64,000 bases of DNA from an archaeon (GTDB lineage: Archaea; Nanobdellota; Nanobdellia; Pacearchaeales; GW2011-AR1), in assembly GCA_018657525.1 (NCBI GenBank), contig JABHWZ010000004.1, positions 114,382 through 178,381 of the forward strand, in the 5' to 3' direction. The notes beneath the pieces are model-generated. The model saw only the letters and a program-made list of their open reading frames with translations, did no database searches and had not been told where the DNA came from. Shown here piece by piece: positions 48,729 through 59,331 of the stretch (position 1 is its first letter; every line of letters begins with the position of its first letter). A program made the translations under genes and the position numbers.

Positions 48729-49976
48729 TTATTCTATTTTAACTACTACTTCTTTATTTAATAAATTATTCTTTCCAGCAACCTGAAGTAATTTCTTTAT
48801 ACTATCTTTTAACAAATTTAATTCTCTTTTTTGTTTTTCAATATTTTCTTTTGTTCTTTCCATTCTCTGCCCTACAAGTTTTTCACGTTGCTTACTTTCT
48901 TCTAATTCATTCTTAACATCTTCTAAATTATTATTATAATGAATTTTCTTTGCTCTTTTACGATTAATAGCTAAATAATTAATATAAGCTTCTAACCATT
49001 TACTCTGGGGGGAATGTCCAAGTCTAAGGTTTATATCTTCTACGTGCCATCCCTGAGCAAATAGATAACATGCCATTCCTGATCTCAAATCTTTCCAAGA
49101 AGGTTTCTCATCATTTGGTTCACATTTAACTCCTGCTCTTTTAACGACACTATCAAATATTTGAAGAGCTTGTCTATATTTAAAACTAAAAATGAAATCA
49201 TCATTTTTAAATGGAATTATTTTTCTTCTAAACTTACCCTTCTCGTCTCTATATTCTACTTCCTTTCCGTATTTGAAAAGGGCATCCAAGTATCTTAATG
49301 TTTCAGAATAAATTGTAGGCTCACTTCTTGTTTGCCTACTTCTCTTTAAATTTTCTTGAGGAAGATAAATTAAATATTCTTCTTGTTTTGTATCTCTATT
49401 TAATTGTCTCTTAAAATGTTTTACTTTTAACTCTAAAAGAGCTGTTATATTCTCCCCAATATCCCAAGCTAACCAGAATAAAACAAAATGTTGAGGCTTA
49501 TGTAAAAAGTTTAACATTCTTTTAAAATTCTCTTCACTTATGAACCGAACTTGTTTTTTTCTTTTGTCTGTAAAAAATTCCAAAGCATTTTCTACCACCT
49601 CTCCTAATCCTGCAAGTTTAAATGGTTTAGATTTGAAAACTTTATTATAATAACCTCTTCTATCTATAAATCTTTTTCCAGAACGATTTTTAATTTTTCC
49701 ATCCTCTAAATCATTATAGACTTGTTTAATTTCCTCTTCTGTTAATTTGTTCCAAGCCTTATTCTTAAACCACTTGTTTACATTTTTAAATTTGTTTATA
49801 TATCCATAAAGGGTTTTGTAAGAAGATTCATCTATTTTAGGTAAATCATTTTGTCGTTTTAATTTCTCTTCTTCCCATTCAAAAAATTTCTTGAATAAAT
49901 CTTTGTTATATTTTATAATAGAATTATCATTTAAGAGTTCTGTTTTTGCTTTTTTGTACCTCTTTTCAAAGCTCAT
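48729..49976 (-). CDS. Tyrosine recombinase/integrase, atypical active site
   Basis: WDIGENITALLEL (box I), LKR, KDLRSG, LGHS...AY; C-terminal coiled coil; adjacent to tRNA-Asp. Confidence 0.85.
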   Translation of the reverse strand: MSFEKRYKKAKTELLNDNSIIKYNKDLFKKFFEWEEEKLKRQNDLPKIDESSYKTLYGYINKFKNVNKWFKNKAWNKLTEEEIKQVYNDLEDGKIKNRSGKRFIDRRGYYNKVFKSKPFKLAGLGEVVENALEFFTDKRKKQVRFISEENFKRMLNFLHKPQHFVLFWLAWDIGENITALLELKVKHFKRQLNRDTKQEEYLIYLPQENLKRSRQTRSEPTIYSETLRYLDALFKYGKEVEYRDEKGKFRRKIIPFKNDDFIFSFKYRQALQIFDSVVKRAGVKCEPNDEKPSWKDLRSGMACYLFAQGWHVEDINLRLGHSPQSKWLEAYINYLAINRKRAKKIHYNNNLEDVKNELEESKQREKLVGQRMERTKENIEKQKRELNLLKDSIKKLLQVAGKNNLLNKEVVVKIE

Positions 49977-50033
49977 AATTCAGTTACACAAGAGAGCTTT
50001 TTAAACTCTCCTAATGTGCAACATCTTACGCCA

Positions 50034-50105
50034 CGCCCACGCCGGGAATCGAACCCGGATTTCTTGCGCGACAGGCAAGTGTCTTAGCCATTGGACAACG
50101 TAGGC
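50034..50105 (-). tRNA. tRNA-Asp(GTC)
   Basis: GCCTACG/CGTGGGC-G73; CTTGC-CTGTCGC-GCAAG; CCGGGTTCGATTCCCGG. Confidence 0.95.
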
Positions 50106-50137
50106 AAACTAATAATTATCAATAATGATTTTCATTT

Positions 50138-50740
50138 TTAAATCTTCTCTTTTAACAAATAATCTCTCAACTCTCCAACACTTTCAGCAACATCAAATTC
50201 ATTCTCCCCTTTTCTAAATTGTTCCCACCCCGCCGAATAACCAACCCCCAAAAACCGAGTCTTAGTCACAACTGAATCCTCATAATCCCAATGAGTATCG
50301 CCCATCATCCCTCTTGACTTCCCAGAATATTCCCGTGCAATAAACTCCAAACTTTCTCTTTTCCTCCCAAAATCATCCCTAGTCAAAACTAAATCAAAAT
50401 AAGACAAAATATCTTTTCCAAAATGATGTAAATTTCTTTTATTATTATGTGTAGCCAAACACAGAACTTTCCCAGCAGATTTCAATTCCTCCAAAACTTG
50501 CGGAATCCCCTCAATAATTGGGCAATCATAATTCAAAAAATCCTCAGAATGAAAAACCTTTGCCATTTCCCTAGGAAACCCAACCATTCCCCAAAAATCT
50601 TCTCTATGACTTTGAATAGCTTTTCTAAAACGAGCCCCAATTACATCTACAGCAACCCCAATTACATCTGACAACGCTTGCATATGCGCCGGAAAAGAGT
50701 CAACTAAAACCCCATCAAAATCAAATATATTAACTTCCAT
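50138..50740 (-). CDS. HAD-superfamily hydrolase
   Basis: FDFDGVLVDS, LAT, K, MGDTHWD. Confidence 0.88.
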   Translation of the reverse strand: MEVNIFDFDGVLVDSFPAHMQALSDVIGVAVDVIGARFRKAIQSHREDFWGMVGFPREMAKVFHSEDFLNYDCPIIEGIPQVLEELKSAGKVLCLATHNNKRNLHHFGKDILSYFDLVLTRDDFGRKRESLEFIAREYSGKSRGMMGDTHWDYEDSVVTKTRFLGVGYSAGWEQFRKGENEFDVAESVGELRDYLLKEKI

Positions 50741-50787
50741 AAAATAACTCAGAATATTACTCTTTTAAAGATTGTGTCCTAAAAATA

Positions 50788-52068
50788 TTATTTCTTCCCA
50801 ATCTTTTTTTTATCAGGCAAACCAATAACTTTCTTCCCGCCCATATAAGATTGTAAAACTTTCGGAATTTTAATCACACCGTCTTTTTGCTGATTGTTAT
50901 TAATAATTGCTATGAAAATCCTATTTGCAACTCCTCCAGTAGCATAAATTGTATGTGCAAATTCTTCCTTTCCTTCACCAATAAATTTGATATTTCCCCG
51001 TATAGCTTGAAAACTTGCAGTCATTCCAATACTTCCCAGCTCTCCCCATCTTTCTTCTGCTCCAAGCCATCCCTCAACATCCTTTTCCAATATTGCTTTA
51101 TTTGGCATATCGTTTGCTCTATGTGTAATTATTCTATGTGGAATTTCTAAAGTGTTATAAAGTTCTTTCAAATCTTCAAAAATTTGATTATATTCAGTCT
51201 CTTCATTTTCTGGAATTGTTATATGAGTAAGTTCAACTTTATCAAATTGATGCGTCCTATAAAGTCCCTTATCATCTGCATGATTTCCTGCTTCCCGACG
51301 GTAACAAGGAGTATAGCACATAAACTTTTTTGGCAACTCCTTTTTATTAAATACGTCATCTTTAGAAATTGCCAAAACTGAAATTTCTCCAGTTCCAACA
51401 AAGACTTTCCCGTCCTCAGTTTTGTATACTTCTTTTTCTCCTCCAGGATAATGTCCTGTAATGTAAAGATTTTCTTCATTTACATAATATGGAGGGATCA
51501 ATTCAAAATAACCTTTCTCTCTCCAAAAATCAAGAAGAAAATTTGTAATTGCTCTATTAAATCTAGCGGCATCTCCCCTTAACATCCAAGCTCGATCTCC
51601 TGCAGCCTTAATAGCCCGTTTAAAATCTGCCAAATCTAAATCTATTAAAATTTCCCAATTTCGCTTTGGTTTAAAATCAAATTCAGGCTTTTTTATCTTA
51701 CTTTCCCAATCAACCCTATCAACATCACTTATAGGCACATCATCGTGCAATGTGTTCGGAATTTTATAAACTAAAACATTATACTCCTCATCCAATTCCT
51801 TAAATTTTAATTCCATTTCTTTTATCTTTTCATTATTATTTTTACTTTCTTCTATAAATTTCTTAAAATCTTTTTTCTGCTTTCTTGCTTTATTAATATT
51901 TTCAGTTAAAACATTCCTTTCTCTTCTTAAATCATCTAAATCTTTTTTTGTTTTTTTCCATTCTTCATATTTTTCTAAAAGCAAATCCACATCAACATCT
52001 AACTCTCTCGCTTTTACCGAATGTTTAACAATTTCTAAATTTTCTTGTATATATTTGATATTTAACAT
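50788..52068 (-). CDS. serS: Seryl-tRNA synthetase
   Basis: N-terminal coiled coil, IPN, TGE, CYRREAG, GLYRTHQFDKVE, IPKVLQSYMG. Confidence 0.95.
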   Translation of the reverse strand: MLNIKYIQENLEIVKHSVKARELDVDVDLLLEKYEEWKKTKKDLDDLRRERNVLTENINKARKQKKDFKKFIEESKNNNEKIKEMELKFKELDEEYNVLVYKIPNTLHDDVPISDVDRVDWESKIKKPEFDFKPKRNWEILIDLDLADFKRAIKAAGDRAWMLRGDAARFNRAITNFLLDFWREKGYFELIPPYYVNEENLYITGHYPGGEKEVYKTEDGKVFVGTGEISVLAISKDDVFNKKELPKKFMCYTPCYRREAGNHADDKGLYRTHQFDKVELTHITIPENEETEYNQIFEDLKELYNTLEIPHRIITHRANDMPNKAILEKDVEGWLGAEERWGELGSIGMTASFQAIRGNIKFIGEGKEEFAHTIYATGGVANRIFIAIINNNQQKDGVIKIPKVLQSYMGGKKVIGLPDKKKIGKK

Positions 52069-52158
52069 CTTATTAATCCTATAAGTTTTGAATCGATAAT
52101 ATTTATAAGTATTTCTATTATCCCGAACCTTTAAAAATAACTAACCACTAAACAAAAT

Positions 52159-52818
52159 ATGGCAGAGGTGACAGAACAGATTCTAAATGCATATAATATC
52201 TTACTTAGCAAAATCCCTCCAATCGCCCAAACATTTATTCAACTTTTCCTATTAGTCCTTTTAGTATTCGGTTACGCATGGTTCATCTGGAAACTCTACA
52301 GATTCATCGCCCACAAAAATATCCTCGGACTTAATTTAAATAAATACAACAAATCAGAACATCCCTTCTTCGCAAAACTCTTCGCCGGCCTTCTCTACTT
52401 TGTAGAATACATTTTAATTTTACCATTCTTAATATTTTTCTGGTTTGTAATATTTGCAATATTCCTAATTCTTATAACCGAGGGTATAGAAGTTTCAGCA
52501 ATACTAATAATCGCCACAATAATCGTTGCTGCAATCCGAATGACATCATATTATTCTGAGGACCTCTCAAAAGATTTAGCCAAAATGCTCCCGTTTACTT
52601 TACTGGCCGTCGCTATAACAAAACCAGGATTCTTTAACTTCACACAAATAATCACTCACCTCCAAAAAGTACCCTCGGTATTCGGTCAAATAATTACTTA
52701 CTTAAGTTTCATAATTTTCCTAGAAATAATTTTAAGAGCATTAGATTTTACAATCTCATTATTTGGCTTAGAAGAAACAATAATTCCAGAAGAAACAGAA
52801 ACAGCAAATCAAAATTAA
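52159..52818 (+). CDS. Multi-TM membrane protein
   Basis: About 5 TM helices. Confidence 0.7.
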   Translation: MAEVTEQILNAYNILLSKIPPIAQTFIQLFLLVLLVFGYAWFIWKLYRFIAHKNILGLNLNKYNKSEHPFFAKLFAGLLYFVEYILILPFLIFFWFVIFAIFLILITEGIEVSAILIIATIIVAAIRMTSYYSEDLSKDLAKMLPFTLLAVAITKPGFFNFTQIITHLQKVPSVFGQIITYLSFIIFLEIILRALDFTISLFGLEETIIPEETETANQN

Positions 52819-52835
52819 TCTTCACAACAAAAAAT

Positions 52836-53234
52836 TTATTCTTCTAAAATATTAGGAAAAATTTCTTCATATTCAAATTTTTCCTTTTTTAACCACCCTT
52901 TAACTCCGCTTAATTGCTTCTTAATCGCCCCATAAGTTTTTGGCGCATTACCAATTACTGGATAAATATAATAATAAAAATGAATCCCAGAAGAAGTCTC
53001 CTCTCTTTGAGATTCAGTGCACTCCCCCACATGACCTGGACAAAAAATAGAAACAAATCCCCGATGATTGATTAATTTATCCAATTTTTTTAAATAGTCA
53101 AGTCCCTCATTAATAACTCCACAATCAATTTTAATCGCCGCTGGCAAAAGAGTTTTCTCTCCAGAATCTAACCCTGCATTAGAATATCTTAAAGTTTCAT
53201 CTCGCATCGCCAACTCTAATAAACTCAACCCCAT
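52836..53234 (-). CDS. Hypothetical protein
   Basis: ORF track. Confidence 0.5.
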   Translation of the reverse strand: MGLSLLELAMRDETLRYSNAGLDSGEKTLLPAAIKIDCGVINEGLDYLKKLDKLINHRGFVSIFCPGHVGECTESQREETSSGIHFYYYIYPVIGNAPKTYGAIKKQLSGVKGWLKKEKFEYEEIFPNILEE

Positions 53235-53282
53235 AAAAAACAAAAGAATTCAAACTTTAAATAATTTTAGCAAATTAATAAT

Positions 53283-53879
53283 TTATCTATTACTTTCAAA
53301 TTCATAAAATCCAACAGAAGTTTCTGACACTACAGAAGATTCATTAAGAACAGAAAAATCATACGCAGCATCATGAGAATCGATATAACTTCCCCACTTT
53401 CGATTAGCAACCTGTTTCATATGTTTTAGCCCATCTTTCATCTCTGCCTTTGAAACTAATGTTTTACTCATTTATAATCCCTAAAGTTAGCGCTGAAACG
53501 AGCACACTCTTCTTCTGGACTTGTAACTCGATGTCTTGCTGGCACTCCTGAAGAAACAGGCGGTAACGGACAAGGCATATCTTTAGTGCTATTAACAGCA
53601 CCAGGCTTATCTCGAAGTATACATCTAACTCCAGGAAAAGATTCAATTTTTATTACTACATATTCTCCTTTAACCATTTTAATTTCTATATTCTCCTTCG
53701 ATTTTTTCCGGTGCATAAAATTCTTGAGTAGAAATAACTCCCAAATTGATTTCAAAACTATCTGGTTTTTGACCAAACCGTCTCCCATAAAGTTTACTCC
53801 CAGCAACAATCAAGTCTGCGCCTTCTTTCCTCATTGCTCCCCGAGTTATTCTAGATTCTACCATATCCAACTTAACCAA
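53283..53879 (-). other. Three closely coupled small ORFs (53679-53879, about 53468-53677, 53283-53471)
   Basis: Adjacent or overlapping stop/start codons, one upstream TATA. Confidence 0.45.
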
Positions 53880-53906
53880 AACTTCTTTTTAAATATTTGT
53901 GTAATT

Positions 53907-54638
53907 TTAACCCAACTTATCTCTCGCAAATTCCAAATCCTTCTCAACCTCTTTCTCGTCGATACTAACCTCTAAAGTCACATTCGCATCGCAAGGCAAA
54001 ATCCTTTTAACTAATTCAATATCTAATTCACTATCTCGCAAATTAATATGCTCTATCGTTCTATTATCTTTTTCCCCACACAAATGAAAATGAACCGGTT
54101 TCAAATCTAAAAACTTTTTACAAAATACTTCAAATCCTAAACTATTCTCTCCATAAGACCTCGAAGCATGATTTATATCAAAACAAAAACCACAACCCAA
54201 ATTATCCAAAATATATTTAATATAATCTGGACTTGCTGCTGGACTAAAGAAACTCCGATCTATAGACTGAGGCAAATTCTCAATCACAATTCTCGGATCA
54301 TTAATTTTCTGAAAAGTTTTGATAAAATAAGCTAAAGAACAATCCTTGTCATAAATCCTCCCAGGATGAACAATAATAAATTCTGCATTAACTTTATCCG
54401 CCAACCCTCGAGAAAATGCAATTGATTCTAAATTTACCCTTTCTTTTTTTGGATCACAATGATTCACCCCAAATCCCTGATGCTCTGCATGAACTATAAT
54501 TGGAATTCCTTTTTCAACATACTTCTGCAAATAAGAATAATCATTTCCCCGAATCGCCTGCACTTCAAAAAAATCTGCTTTACCTACAAAATAATCAAAG
54601 AACTTTTCATCATCAAAATTCTTAACTCCAAATTTCAT
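53907..54638 (-). CDS. AP-endonuclease-2/xylose-isomerase-like TIM barrel
   Basis: VHAEH, VHPG, IENLP, FDINH, HFHL, H, TLE. Confidence 0.8.
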   Translation of the reverse strand: MKFGVKNFDDEKFFDYFVGKADFFEVQAIRGNDYSYLQKYVEKGIPIIVHAEHQGFGVNHCDPKKERVNLESIAFSRGLADKVNAEFIIVHPGRIYDKDCSLAYFIKTFQKINDPRIVIENLPQSIDRSFFSPAASPDYIKYILDNLGCGFCFDINHASRSYGENSLGFEVFCKKFLDLKPVHFHLCGEKDNRTIEHINLRDSELDIELVKRILPCDANVTLEVSIDEKEVEKDLEFARDKLG

Positions 54639-54743
54639 AAAAAAAAATCGCAATTTAACTTTTTAAATTTAATTAAGGATTAATTGCCCAACAAAATTAT
54701 CTCAATAACAACTTTTAAAAAGAATCATTAATTTAAATTTAAA

Positions 54744-55352
54744 ATGGAGTTGATAAAAACATTAATACTTTTAAGCATTGGATTCGTAGCTTTTTTTGCA
54801 ACAGGCATCGATGACACTGTTGCTTATGCTGGTTCCTACCTAAATAACAAAAGCAAAGACCATAAAAAATTAATTTCATTTGGAATAATCCTCGGAACTT
54901 TGATTGCATTAGGAATCTCAATTTTCGCAGGTTCACTAATGGCAGTAATCCCATCTCGACATCTTATTGGAGGGGCAGTATTAATCACATTAGGATTACT
55001 CTCTTTTGTTCACGGAAAAGGACAAAAATACCAAAAAAAAGAACATCTTTCCAAACTTCAAAAGCATATAAACAAATCAAGATATAGAACCCATAGTAAT
55101 CTTAAATTCGTAGGTCTGGGAATGCTACTTTTTTTCGGAACAGGAGTTGATGATATTATTGCTTACTCAAATTTAATAATGGCAAAAGGAGCATGGCTAG
55201 CAATTTGTACTGGAGTTTTAATGGCAACTTTTGTATCATTAATTATCGCGCATTTTTTATCCGATAAATTAAAAAGATTCAGTCACCCAGAAAGAATTGG
55301 CGGAGGAATTATTATCCTTATTGGTGTGCTTCTTGCATTAAAAATTTTATAA
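54744..55352 (+). CDS. CadD/LysE-superfamily transporter
   Basis: Duplicated TG(I/V)DD motif in TM repeats. Confidence 0.7.
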   Translation: MELIKTLILLSIGFVAFFATGIDDTVAYAGSYLNNKSKDHKKLISFGIILGTLIALGISIFAGSLMAVIPSRHLIGGAVLITLGLLSFVHGKGQKYQKKEHLSKLQKHINKSRYRTHSNLKFVGLGMLLFFGTGVDDIIAYSNLIMAKGAWLAICTGVLMATFVSLIIAHFLSDKLKRFSHPERIGGGIIILIGVLLALKIL

Positions 55353-55421
55353 TTCTCAAGCAGTAACCTTTTTAAACCAAATACAACATAATTTAATATC
55401 CTAAAAGGAACAAATAAGAAA

Positions 55422-55730
55422 ATGCCAAAAGTAAGAATCAAACTAAACAGTAGCGATATAGACGCACTTAATAATATTTGTAATTCTATTAAAACTATTG
55501 CGAAAAAATCCGGCACACCAATGGGAGGACCAGTTCCACTTCCAACAAAAAAACTCAAAGTTACAACACGAAAATCTCCATGCGGCGACGGAACAGCAAC
55601 ATTCGACAACTTTGAAATGCGAATCCACAAACGATTAATAGACCTTCCAGCAAAAGAAGCAGTGCTACATCACATCATGAAAATGCAAATTCCTAAGAAC
55701 GTTAATATTAAGATAGAAATGAAAGATTAA
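55422..55730 (+). CDS. rps10: 30S ribosomal protein uS10
   Basis: GPVPLPTK...RKSPCGDGTATFDNFEMRIHKRLID. Confidence 0.97.
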   Translation: MPKVRIKLNSSDIDALNNICNSIKTIAKKSGTPMGGPVPLPTKKLKVTTRKSPCGDGTATFDNFEMRIHKRLIDLPAKEAVLHHIMKMQIPKNVNIKIEMKD

Positions 55731-55801
55731 TCTTTCTCAAATGACTGAAGAAGAAATCCAACAATTATTAACAAAATCTAAATAATCTATCTCCTTCCCT
55801 A

Positions 55802-56092
55802 CTAATCCTCTGCAGGCAAAGAAGTTTGTTTTGCATATAATTCTAAAAACTTGATTTGAACTCTAGCTCCCCCTTGCCTTAACTTATCTGCTAAAGATTC
55901 AGCAATAGTGCAAAAACCTGTCCCAGAATGTAACCTCAAAATACGTTCCCTGTATTGAAAATAATTTTTATCATTTAAACTCCCTTGCCAATCATCAGCC
56001 GCCTCCTCAAATTTTCCTTTTGAAACAGATTCTTCTTTAATTTCTTTCCAATCTGCCATTAATCTTTCAACACATTCTTCTGGACTTACCAT
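55802..56092 (-). CDS. Hypothetical protein
   Basis: ORF track. Confidence 0.5.
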   Translation of the reverse strand: MVSPEECVERLMADWKEIKEESVSKGKFEEAADDWQGSLNDKNYFQYRERILRLHSGTGFCTIAESLADKLRQGGARVQIKFLELYAKQTSLPAED

Positions 56093-56178
56093 ATTAAAAC
56101 AATCCCCATCCCCTTTTTAAAATTATTCATATTCCACACAATAGATTTATTTAAAAAGATAAAAAAACTTTTTCTTAA

Positions 56179-57348
56179 ATGAGAGGAAAAATAGAGGCGA
56201 CACCTAACGGTATAGATAATTTAAAAGATGCATTAAGATTCTGTCAAAACTTTGCACGATTTTGTTATAGTGAAAAAACAATTGAAGAAGTTGGAGAAGA
56301 AGAGTACAATAAAATTTTAATGGAAAAAGTATTAATTAATAGGGGCCATCATTCTCCATTAGAGCAATTCACTATCAACTATGTTTTCGAAGACCTACCC
56401 AAAGCTCTAGCAATGGTCCTTAACAATCAAAAATTCGGAGGCACTACAGAAAAATCAGCCAGATACACTTTTATTCCAGAGGACCTAGAACCAAAACAAA
56501 GAGAAAAATATATGAAATGGCACTCATGGTTCCAAGGAGGAATTGAAGCAAAATATCCTGAATCAGAATTTCCAAAACTATACAAAAAAGGAAGTGACGG
56601 AAAAACTCCTGTAAAAAAACTATCTCAAGAAAACGCTCGTTACATGGGAAGCGTTTTTATTCCGACAAGAATGGGACATAAAATGGACTTAGCTTACCTA
56701 AACAAAGTAGTCTATGGATTTAAACAATTCATCAAAGAAGAAAGAGACACACCAAATTATTTCAAAGGCGAATTAATAAAAAGCATGCAAAAATTTATAG
56801 AACTTCCTGAAGTCCAAAGATTCACTTATCAAGAAGGCTTTCCTCAAAAAGGTGGATTAAAATTAAATCTATTTGGACCAGCAAATGAAATAAATTACGG
56901 AGAGTCAGTTTATTCAGCCAATGACATTGCAAGCTTTGCGTCCCTAGCTCAAAGACATCGACATAGAACAATAGATCATCATATTATAGCTGGCTACAGC
57001 CTAGGAGCCCCATTAGGATTTTTTGTCCCACCTTTAGTTGAAGAAAATAACAAAATAGCAGAATGGAGAAGGGACTTATACGAAATCGCAAAAGGGGACA
57101 TTCCTCAAGGTCAACTAGTACGTTTTGGATTTTCAGGAAACACTCGAGAACTTCCAATGATGACTTCAGAAAGAGAATGCAACAACGCACAATTAGAAAC
57201 AAATATTGGAATTACAAAATTCTTAAAAAGATATGCAAAAGAAGTCCCAGAAATAAGATTATTAATTAAGCCAGATTGCCAAAAAGAAGGATGCCCTCGA
57301 GGGGGATGTTACTTGGGTCCCGCAGAATATGGGAAGAGGATGATTTGA
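56179..57348 (+). CDS. thyX: Flavin-dependent thymidylate synthase-like (extended ThyX)
   Basis: GHHSPLE, EKSARY, QENARY, QRHRHR, R.CNNAQLE; coupled to tmk. Confidence 0.75.
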   Translation: MRGKIEATPNGIDNLKDALRFCQNFARFCYSEKTIEEVGEEEYNKILMEKVLINRGHHSPLEQFTINYVFEDLPKALAMVLNNQKFGGTTEKSARYTFIPEDLEPKQREKYMKWHSWFQGGIEAKYPESEFPKLYKKGSDGKTPVKKLSQENARYMGSVFIPTRMGHKMDLAYLNKVVYGFKQFIKEERDTPNYFKGELIKSMQKFIELPEVQRFTYQEGFPQKGGLKLNLFGPANEINYGESVYSANDIASFASLAQRHRHRTIDHHIIAGYSLGAPLGFFVPPLVEENNKIAEWRRDLYEIAKGDIPQGQLVRFGFSGNTRELPMMTSERECNNAQLETNIGITKFLKRYAKEVPEIRLLIKPDCQKEGCPRGGCYLGPAEYGKRMI

Positions 57349-57962
57349 TGGAACGCGGATTATATATTATGTTAGAAAGTGGAGAAGGATTAGGTAAAGA
57401 TTATCAAGCCGATTTATTAGAACCCTGGCTAAAACAATTTGGAAAAGTAATAAATACAAAGGAACCAGGAGGAACACCCGAGGCAGAAAAAATAAGAAAG
57501 ATACTTTTAGATCCATCAAATGAATTGGATGATTTAACTGAACTATACTTATACCAAGCTGCAAGAAGAGATTTAAACCAAAAAGTAGTTCTGCCAGCAA
57601 TAGATTCTGGAGAAATTGTTCTATGCAAAAGAGGATTTCCGTCAACACATGCATATCAAGGATTTGGAGGAGGAATGGATTTGAATTTAATTGATAATCT
57701 AAATCAAAGATCAATGCAAGGAATAATGCCTGATAAAATCTTCATAATAGATGGAGATCCAGAAATTGGACTAGCAAGAGAAACAGATAAAGACAGATTT
57801 AATGCTAAAGGGTTACCCTATCATCAAAAAGTTAGAGAAGGATACTTGGATATAGAAAAAAGATATCCCGAAATAACTACAATTATCCCCTACCTAGATG
57901 GACATCCAGAAAAAATGCAACAACAAATACAAAACGAATTAACTTCCCGTTTCAATCTTTAA
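57348..57962 (+). CDS. tmk: Thymidylate kinase
   Basis: ESGEGLGK P-loop, KEPGGT, AAR, STHAYQG; TGATG overlap with thyX. Confidence 0.9.
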   Translation: MERGLYIMLESGEGLGKDYQADLLEPWLKQFGKVINTKEPGGTPEAEKIRKILLDPSNELDDLTELYLYQAARRDLNQKVVLPAIDSGEIVLCKRGFPSTHAYQGFGGGMDLNLIDNLNQRSMQGIMPDKIFIIDGDPEIGLARETDKDRFNAKGLPYHQKVREGYLDIEKRYPEITTIIPYLDGHPEKMQQQIQNELTSRFNL

Positions 57963-59331
57963 AAATATCTTTCAAAGTTTTTTCCCCAACTTCTTTACTC
58001 AAACATTTAAAACAAACATCTTTTCCAGAAGCAGAATCAATCTTCAATGAATCCAAATCAAACAATCCTCCACAATAAGAACATCGCTTCAAACAACTTT
58101 CGCAAACCGCGTCCCCGCTGAATTCCATAATCTTAACATGAGATTTACATTTAAACTTCCCACATTTTGAACAACGAACCGCACACTTTTCACAAATCTT
58201 TTTTCCGCACTGTGCGCAAACTTTTTTTAAACAAATATTGCAAAAAATCTCATTACAAGATTCACATCTTTCCCCACAATTTCTGCAAGTTAAATGCCCA
58301 GAAGAACATAAAATAATTTCATCCAATTTCAAATTACAAGAATCACAGAAAAAATCTGAAGATTTTTTTTCCAAAGGATCAAACTCAAAATGCACGATCC
58401 TTGCATTTTCCTCATTCTTAAAAAACACATCACAAGAATAAACTGGATAATAAATTATCGTTGTATTCATTAATCTTGTTTTAATATCTAAACTATGTTT
58501 TTGAATTTCATCTTTTATACAAAACTCTTCTTCTTTTTTCAGCTTCTCTAACTCTGGATTATTTTTTAAATTAATAATATCTTTTTTAATCTTCAAAATT
58601 TTATCCTCTTCACCCTCTTTCATCTCCAAACCTTTTAATTTATTTTTTAATTTTTCTAAAGAACCACTAAATTCCTGAATATGAGTTTCATAATGCTGTT
58701 TCACTCTTTTAATCTCTTTATCTAAAATCTTACTAAGATTTTGAGAAACTTCCTGAACTTTTTCTTCAAGCAAAAAGTTCAATTTATTTTTAGCAAGCTT
58801 ATAAAATTCTTGAACATTTTCAAAAGCAACATCTCTTTTTTTACCCTCCAATATTTCATACTTTTCTAAATCAAAATCTATAATTTTACCATCCTTAACA
58901 AAAACATTTGTTAAAACTTGTTTTTTATCATTCAAATATTGGAAAGTTGTAATAAAGGAAAAACGAAGAAAAAAATTATTTTGATGTTTTTTTGTTATAT
59001 TTGTAATCTTACAATTCCTCAAAAGAATTTTTTTTTCTAATTCTTCTTTAATTTCCGGATTAAAATTAATTTTTAATAAAGTTGTTTGTCCTCGCCCATC
59101 TAAATAATCATTAATTGACTTTAATAAAAAGCTCCCAGAAGACAAAACTTCAATTTCAGAAGAAGCTACTCCTTTTTCAAATGCAAATTTATACGACCCT
59201 TTTCTTCCACAAAACTTTTCGAAACTCTCTGGAACATTTTTAACAAATAAAACTCCCCCTTTAAAATTAACCTCACATTGCAAACTCTCAAAAAATTTTG
59301 AAACAAAATTCTTCACTCTTTCACTTTCCAT
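57952..59331 (-). CDS. YqhG-like SNF2 partner with C-terminal multi-Cys Zn fingers
   Basis: Coiled coil plus many CxxC pairs; overlaps the SNF2 gene. Confidence 0.7.
   Translation of the reverse strand: MESERVKNFVSKFFESLQCEVNFKGGVLFVKNVPESFEKFCGRKGSYKFAFEKGVASSEIEVLSSGSFLLKSINDYLDGRGQTTLLKINFNPEIKEELEKKILLRNCKITNITKKHQNNFFLRFSFITTFQYLNDKKQVLTNVFVKDGKIIDFDLEKYEILEGKKRDVAFENVQEFYKLAKNKLNFLLEEKVQEVSQNLSKILDKEIKRVKQHYETHIQEFSGSLEKLKNKLKGLEMKEGEEDKILKIKKDIINLKNNPELEKLKKEEEFCIKDEIQKHSLDIKTRLMNTTIIYYPVYSCDVFFKNEENARIVHFEFDPLEKKSSDFFCDSCNLKLDEIILCSSGHLTCRNCGERCESCNEIFCNICLKKVCAQCGKKICEKCAVRCSKCGKFKCKSHVKIMEFSGDAVCESCLKRCSYCGGLFDLDSLKIDSASGKDVCFKCLSKEVGEKTLKDIFKD

Noticed and set aside
53480-53640. 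GC-elevated stretch as possible SRP or RNase P RNA
   Set aside because: No recognisable conserved RNA motifs; explained by a coupled small ORF on the minus strand.
57276-57347. N-terminal extension of Tmk in the ORF track
   Set aside because: Overlaps thyX; ATG 57348 in a TGATG junction gives a normal Tmk start.
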